From Octopus vulgaris (lineage: Eukaryota), in assembly GCA_951406725.2 (NCBI GenBank), contig OX597834.1:29884001-29948000 (forward strand): a DNA stretch of 64,000 bases, written 5' to 3'. Positions 58,220-64,000 of the stretch are shown piece by piece. The notes under the pieces are model-generated. The model saw nothing but the letters and a program-made list of their open reading frames with translations. It searched no databases and was not told the origin of the DNA. The first letter of the stretch is position 1. Every line of letters starts with the position of its first letter. A program made the translations under genes and the position numbers.

Positions 58220-59218
58220 ATATTTATATATATATATATATATATTAGTTGCTATTATGGACTTTAGGTAAAAGAGAAATCAAAACCACTTTTCCTTCGA
58301 CCCTCCCCACCCTCTGCTTACCTCATTTTTATTTTGTTTGTTTTGTTTTATTGTTTGTTTATTTCTTTTACCTGTGGTGTTTCCATATCTTTACAGGCTG
58401 TGGCATCCCTTATAGCAATTGGGACATCCCATGGCATTGTACTAGTTTTCGGTGAGTCTATTGTTGTGTTTTTTTTTTTGTTTTTTGATTTTGTTTTTTT
58501 AATATGGCCACGAATTGGCAGAATTGTTAGAATGCTGGACAAAATGCTTAGCAGCATTTAGTCTGGCTTTACATTCAGAGTTCAAATTCTACCGAGGTTG
58601 ACTTTGCCTTTCACTCTTTCAGGGTCAATGAAATGAATACCACTTGAGCACTGAGGTTGATATAATCAACTAACCCCCTCCCCACAAAATTTCAGGCCTT
58701 GTACCTATAGTAGAAAGGATATTATTATCATTATTATTATTATTATTATTTTGTGTGTGTATTGGTCTGGTCTGGTCTGGAGGAAAGGGCTGTACCCAAG
58801 AACCTCAAAAATCCTCTGGGATCAATGACTTCAAGAGAGTTAATGTTCTGGAACTGCTGCAGACAAAAAAAAATGTGGTGCAAGAAGAGAATTCCAGTGG
58901 GATGACATTCTGCGGAAGAAGGATTTGTACAGGGCCTGAAAAGGTGAACAAAATAAGAGTGATGAGAGGATGAAACTTAGAAAAGTCAAGAGGACCATGG
59001 AAGTGACACACTTGCATGGTTCAGATAGAATTTGCTGAGGCAATCTTTTCTTTGGCGAAATGCTCTTCCTGTCACCAACCCTCACTTGCTTCCTAGCAAT
59101 GTTATATTTCCCCATGGTTAGAGATGCTTTTTTTGAAAAACTAGAAATGAGAAACATCATTTGTATGATGGTGATGCTCATTTATGGCCAAGACAGGGGT
59201 ACACACAATCACCCCCAC

Positions 59219-59253
<35 letters not shown>

Positions 59254-62200
59254 TGATGGTCTTCCACACAGTTTCCATCTATCAAATCTCAAAACTTTGT
59301 CTGGGGCTATAGTGAACACTTGCTGAAGGAGCCACGCAGTGGAATTGAACTCAAGACTACATAGTTAAGAAGCAAGCTTCTTAACCACACATCCATGCCT
59401 ACACCCATTTATTCACTAATTTATCTTACATCCATCTTTCTATGCTGGCATGGGTTAGATGAATACACATTGATGTATTGTTTTACAGCCAGTTAGATGC
59501 TCTTCATTCAAAATTTTTGCCAATAGTTGATAAGCTGACTTTTTTGTTCTTTTATAATAAATATCCCCTGTTCATCTCTCTCTCTGTTTTCTCCTGTCTT
59601 TAGATCCACGCCAGGTATTGAAATGGTGTCTAGGAAGTACAGCTGTTGGGGCCCAGTATGGATCAGTGTCAGCTCTCAGTTTCAACAGAGATTGTTCTCG
59701 ATTGCTCTGTGGCTTTGCTAAAGGCCAGGTAAATATATATTTTTATACATATGTATATATATATGTGTGTGTGTGTGTGTATCATACAGATTGTTCTACA
59801 GCTGGATGCCCTTCCTGTTGCCAAACCTCACCTGTTTCCAAGCAAGTATTATTTCTCCTATAGTCAAACATATTTCCACAGAAGATCAGAAACAAAGGAC
59901 ACTGCTAGCATGATCTTTTTACCTTTTACTTGTTTCAGTCATTTGACTGCGGCCATGCTGGGGCACTGCTTTGAAGTGTTTTAGTCAAACAAATCATCCT
60001 CAGGATTTATTTTTTAAAGCCTGATACTAATTCTATTGGTCTCTTTTGCTGAACCACTAAATTATGGGAACGGAAGCAAACCAACATTGGTTGCCAAGTG
60101 GTGGTTGGAAGACAAACACACACACATACACACACACACATTAATCTATCTATCTATCTCGCCATCTATCAATCTATCTATCTATCTATCTAGCAATCTA
60201 TCTGTCTGTCTATATATGCACATATACTTAAAAAGCACCTGTGCAGTTACAATGTAAAAGGCACCCAGTACACTCTGTAGAGTGGTTAGCATCATGAAGG
60301 CGGCGAGCTGGCAGTAACGTTAGCACACCGGGCGAAATGCTTAGCAGTATTTCATCTGCCGTTACGTTGTGAGTTCAAATTCCGCCGAGGTCGACTTTGC
60401 CTTTCATCCTTTCGGGGTCGATAAATTAAGTACCAGTTACGCACTGGGGTCGATGTAATCGACTTAATCCGTTTGTCTGTCCTTGTTTGTCCCTTCTATG
60501 TTTAGCCCCTTGTGGGTAATAAAGAAATGGGTTAGCATCAGGAAGGGCATCCAGCTGTAGAAACCATCCAAGAACAGACAACTGGAGGCTGGTGTAGCTT
60601 TAAATAATGATGGTCATCATCATCATCATCATCATCATACAATGATACAAACATACACTTATATAACCACACATGCACATGCAAACACACACACAACACA
60701 GTCATGCACAAACAAACATACACAGTTACACATACACATACATGTTTTTTTGTTTCATAAATGTCTCACCTCCTGTCTTCTAGATTACCATGTGGGATTT
60801 AACAAATGGGAAATTACTCCGGACCATCACTGATGCTCACCCACCTGGAACTGCTGTTCTACATGTTAAAGTAAGTAACCAGCCAAGCATATTATATGTT
60901 TATGTCTGTATCTGTGTATATAATAATAATAATGAAATTATTGTATACAGTGCTCAGGTGCACCACAAAAGTGCGTATAAAGTATATGCAGTAATGTAAA
61001 AATGTCTGGAAAGCGAACAGTGTATGAGTCAGATACATGCTTGCGTGTGTATGGAGGGGAGAAAATCAGGTGTAGTGTTGGTGAATCTCAGGAAGCATGG
61101 AAGTTTTGAAGGATGCAGAGCTCCGACATATATCTATGTTACATTACATCTGATGACATAAAGTAATATAATTAATGTTCAAAGTTGACTTTCTGCCTAA
61201 AACTTTGACTTGAACTGCAACTAAAAGCAGGGATATAGGTAGCTACTTGTTTCTTTCCTTCTTATAATCTGTATTCATGTCACAACTCAACCCTCATCGT
61301 TAAAGATAGAAATATCCTAATCTAACCCTGATACCAATTGTTTTGACTGTTTATTCTTTTATCCTATCATATATGCATGTATGTATATATATATAGGGAG
61401 AGTTTACGAAAAAAAAACAAAAGACGAAGACAGGTGGTGTACAAAACAAACAGATGTATTAGTATAACGCTCAGGAATAGAAAAAGTCTTTTACGTTTCG
61501 AGCCTATGCTCTTCTACAGAAAGGGACGCAAAAAACAAGGAGAGAAAAAAATGTGTGTAGTGGCTAATGATCTATCACGGTGTCTGATATATATGTGTGT
61601 GTGTGTGTGTATGTAGGTATGTCAGATAACTCTTAGTGCTAGTGATAACATGTAACCCAATGCCACCTGTCACATGGTTGTGTTGTTGGTGACCAAATTG
61701 GCAGCCCTTGACCCGAGTCAGCATGGTAAAGAAGGTGATTTTCATTGGACACCCTCTGGGGCAAGTAACAAAGCCTGTCAAAGAGCTGATGAATACTTAG
61801 TAGAGTTCATCTGCCAACAAACTGCTGGGAACATGAGACGTCCTGCTCTCTGTTTAAATATCTCCCTAGGAGGATGTAACACCTGTAATTTTGCATCCCA
61901 TGATGTTTTCCTTTTTGTGCAAATGCATCAGTTGTTTAGAGAGTGGGAATGACTTTGTGGAAGGCCTTTTCTCACTTTCAAAAGACTTCAGGTTGCTTGA
62001 TTTTTAACACCTCCATTATGTGTCGCACACTCTGGCTGGCTGTAGCTGAGAAAGGCAAGACTCAATGGAAAATTCCATGATGGAATGAAGGCATGTGTCA
62101 GCATGCTGGAGGCGTCCATCATTGTTACACCTGTCCAGAAGTGTGTTGTGTCCTTAGCAGGACTTTAAGATAGCATCATGTCTTTAGAAATTCTTGCCAA

Positions 62201-62532
62201 TCTCCAGTTCGACTGGAAACTGAACCTATCACTGGAACAATTATGACACACATAAATTAGTGTTTTTAATAAGCATAATGGATTAAATTCCAATATATTT
62301 TTAACAACCAAAGACAAACAACACAAATGCAGTTATGCGAGTTTAAATGGGTTGTTTGATGAAAACAGTGGCCCTTATAGTAGTAAGTGAGAAGATAGAG
62401 CATGTTGCGAAGTTAATGAAGAAACAGTAGTAAAGGTCGGTCATAATGTATTTTTCTGTTTCAGTTCACTGACAGCCCTGTGATTGCTGTGTGCAGTGAC
62501 AGTGGAGGGTCTGTGTTTGAACTGGAATTCAA
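51297..62532 (+). CDS. VPS8: Vacuolar protein sorting 8 homolog (CORVET subunit), 5' part, continues beyond window
   Basis: join(51297..51365,53157..53225,54158..54297,56054..56144,57095..57127,58397..58451,59604..59728,60784..60870,62465..62532), all GT-AG and in frame. Motifs EFDLPPVETPPTLESILN, ISAQLKSAANRVDAGKPSAIAVASLIAIGTSHG, CLGSTAVGAQYGSVSALSFNRDCSRLLCGFAKGQITMWDL and DAHPPGTAVLHVKFTD..DSGGSVFEL match the metazoan VPS8 N-terminal beta-propeller. Confidence 0.93.
51843..52018. mobile_element. Penelope-like pLTR remnant with inverted arms
   Basis: Inverted arms of ~37 bp (51910-51946 / 51982-52018) around a truncated hammerhead motif; same family as 29478-29619. Confidence 0.6.
53157..53225 (+). 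CDS. VPS8: VPS8 exon 2 (LDAQEFDLPPVETPPTLESILNA)
   Basis: Conserved VPS8 N-terminal motif; ctgcag acceptor, gtaagt donor. Confidence 0.9.
53360..54060 (+). mobile_element. RTE-type LINE 3' end and long 3' UTR
   Basis: GRGRPRKTWNEVVKPDL motif; tail gttggcactaggaagggcatcc recurs at ~57810 and ~60540. Confidence 0.6.
54158..54297 (+). CDS. VPS8: VPS8 exon 3 (acidic/Ser-rich linker)
   Basis: ttgtag acceptor, gtgagt donor; 140 nt open, phase 0->2, bridging exons 2 and 4. Confidence 0.82.
54311..54895 (-). mobile_element. CR1-group LINE 3' fragment (uninterrupted 170-codon ORF)
   Basis: LYTAMVRPHLEFASSVWNPY..LESVQRRATK..TRGH..FFTLRVAEAWNKLP; (TAT)n tail; 3' UTR copy at ~60920-61107. Confidence 0.88.
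54935..55700 (+). mobile_element. Tandemly reiterated SINE-A 5' halves
   Basis: Three successive heads; the first two share the private hairpin cttgctccaacaggagcaag. Confidence 0.7.
56054..56144 (+). CDS. VPS8: VPS8 exon 4 (..HGTVLKPSKLKNISAQLKSAA)
   Basis: ttccag acceptor, gtaagt donor; matches the VPS8 HGS..LKGISAQ..SAA motif. Confidence 0.9.
56788..57018 (+). mobile_element. SINE family B
   Basis: Full-length copy about 75 bp upstream of the VPS8 microexon. Confidence 0.85.
57095..57127 (+). CDS. VPS8: VPS8 exon 5, 33-nt microexon (NRVDAGKPSAI)
   Basis: Long pyrimidine tract plus tcag acceptor, gtaagt donor; matches the VDAG.P.AI motif. Confidence 0.9.
57172..57355. mobile_element. hAT (Charlie/Buster-type) MITE
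   Basis: TIR cagtgcttttcaa / ttgaaaaccactg; 8-bp TSD CTTTAGAG at 57164-57171 and 57356-57363. Confidence 0.9.
57901..58019. repeat. Inverted repeat with ~52-bp arms
   Basis: caataatgaaaaattaaattacaccatcta.. / ..tagatggtgtaatttaatttttcattattg. Confidence 0.85.
58397..58451 (+). CDS. VPS8: VPS8 exon 6 (AVASLIAIGTSHGIVLVF)
   Basis: ttacag acceptor, gtgagt donor; WD40-like strand. Confidence 0.93.
59604..59728 (+). CDS. VPS8: VPS8 exon 7 (DPRQVLKWCLGST...CGFAKGQ)
   Basis: ctttag acceptor, gtaaat donor; strong motif match. Confidence 0.95.
60299..60529 (+). mobile_element. SINE family B nested in an RTE-tail repeat
   Basis: TSD GGTTAGCATCA at 60284-60294 and 60530-60540. Confidence 0.88.
60784..60870 (+). 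CDS. VPS8: VPS8 exon 8 (ITMWDLTNGKLLRTITDAHPPGTAVLHVK)
   Basis: ttctag acceptor, gtaagt donor; strong motif match. Confidence 0.95.
62465..62532 (+). CDS. VPS8: VPS8 exon 9 (FTDSPVIAVCSDSGGSVFELEFK)
   Basis: tttcag acceptor, gtaagt donor; DSGGSVFEL motif. Confidence 0.93.
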
Positions 62533-62658
62533 GTAAGTCACTTCTATTATTCATTTATTATCACTTTTACTTTATCCTTTATCTCTCATCATCATTGTTT
62601 TGTTGTGTTTTCATGATGTTTGCATGTTTAAGATATTTTATTATATTTGCTTTTATTT

Positions 62659-62907
62659 AAGAAACACACAAAAGCCGTTTGATTCACTTCAACATCTCAA
62701 GATGCAGCAGTGATTTTTGTCAGTGAACAGGTCGCAGTCTTAAAGCGACGAAAATATTTTGACAAATTAAACTTAAATGTTGAAGTGAATCGAGCGGCTT
62801 TTGTGTGTTTCTTAAATGGCTTACAAACACCTTCCACGCTGCAATTGTTTTCGTTTCAGCACACGATCTCAGATCAAATCACTTGCTATGCAAGTACATC
62901 TCCGTAA
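62659..62907. mobile_element. Penelope-like pLTR insertion with inverted arms
   Basis: 12-bp flanking direct repeat TTGCTTTTATTT (62647-62658, 62908-62919); 41-bp inverted arms; hammerhead-like motif. Confidence 0.65.
62716..62766 (+). ncRNA. Minimal type-I hammerhead ribozyme-like motif, G3-C8 core variant
   Basis: Stem I TTTGTCA/TGACAAA; core GTGAACA; stem II GTCGC/GCGAC; GAAA; palindromic ATAT; UH = TT. Confidence 0.55.
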
Positions 62908-63529
62908 TTGCTTTTATTTGTTTGTAATTTGAATATTGGCAAAGGTTTGCTACTCCAACACTCACACAAGACATTGGGCAAATGGCTTTCTAAGATAGTG
63001 TCGAATCAAAGTATTATGTGTGAAATTTGGGAGATGACAAAAGATAGCTGATGAAATTAAGTTACTTTCTAGTGTTTCAATCTGTTTTAGTTCTTATGCT
63101 TCTGTGCCTTCACCTTTCATTCTCACCCAAGATTGGTAACTCAGTAAAATGTGTGTGTGGAAAGTAAGTGAGTGTACATATATATGTGTGTGTGTTTCAA
63201 GTGAGGCACAAAGCAGCTGATGATGTGTTGCTAAGAGAAATAACAACTGCTCGTGATTTCCCTTGAAGCACAAATATAAGCCAACACAGAAACATACACA
63301 CATGCACACACACACACACACAAACATTCACCACACACACATATGCAAGAGGCGTTTTTCAGTTTTTCATCTACCAAATCCAACCACAAAGCTTTGATCA
63401 GCCCAGGGCTTTAGTAGAAGACAGTTACCATGCTGTGGGACTAAAGTTGAAACTACTTGGTTAAAAAGCAAACATCTTAGACACACCATCATGCTTTCTC
63501 CTATACATGTGTGTGTGTATGTGTATATA

Positions 63530-63756
63530 TTTCTTAACTACCCACAAGGGGCTAAACATAGAGGGGACAAACAAGGACAGACAAAGGTATAAAGTCGATT
63601 ACATCGACCCCAGTGCATAACTGGTACTTAATTTATCGACCCCAAAAGGATGAAAGGCAAAGTCGACATCGGCGGAATTTGAACTCAGAACGTAAAGGCA
63701 GACGAAACACTGCTACGCATTTCGCCCGACATGCTAACGTTTCTGCCAGCTCGCCG
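63530..63756 (-). mobile_element. SINE family B
   Basis: Full-length reverse-complement copy. Confidence 0.85.
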
Positions 63757-64000
63757 TGTATGTGTATAGAGTAAGGGAGAGAGAGAGAGTTCTGGTAGCA
63801 TTCTGTCTAATGACATATAATGTAATAGGTACATACTGTTAGTGCTCAAGTTGATTTACCACCTCAAACTTCAGCTTGAACTGCAATCAAAACACAAAGC
63901 AGTTATGTTATAGATGCCTAGCAATGAAAGACTATCGGCTGTTTGTCAGCCTCCTCCCAACGATAGAACTGATTGCTACTAAAATCTTCTTCTAACGATC

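Noticed and set aside
61620-62250. Extra VPS8 exon or nested gene (92-aa ORF 61674-61952)
   Set aside because: VPS8 exons 8 and 9 join seamlessly (VLHVK|FTD). The region shows only a scrap of RTE-like RT (FHDGM).

Overview
AT-rich, microsatellite- and SINE-saturated eukaryotic DNA. The SINE complement and repeat density suggest an octopod cephalopod, which is an inference. Two spliced genes lie head-to-head, with start codons about 18.3 kb apart. (1) Minus strand: a complete 7-exon, 605-aa NR2E-family orphan nuclear receptor (CDS 32952->2101). It has a CDGCRG P-box (PNR-like/NR2E6 group), the whole DBD in one symmetric 240-nt exon, and a ~310-aa hinge with poly-A/H/Q/S runs. (2) Plus strand: the first nine coding exons of VPS8 (CORVET subunit, from 51297), running off the window end. 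All exon phases were checked by hand and join in frame. The rest is transposon debris: modular tRNA-derived SINE families (nested, tandem and module-swapped copies with TSDs), a dead pogo/Tc2-type element, a chimeric mariner, hAT/piggyBac/8-bp-TSD MITEs, and RTE, CR1-like, R4-like and Penelope-like fragments. The most unusual signal is a set of minimal hammerhead-ribozyme motifs in Penelope-like remnants. One has a compensatory G3-C8 core swap and sits inside a 41-bp hairpin on the sense strand of a VPS8 intron. Most ORFs in the supplied track are microsatellite artefacts.
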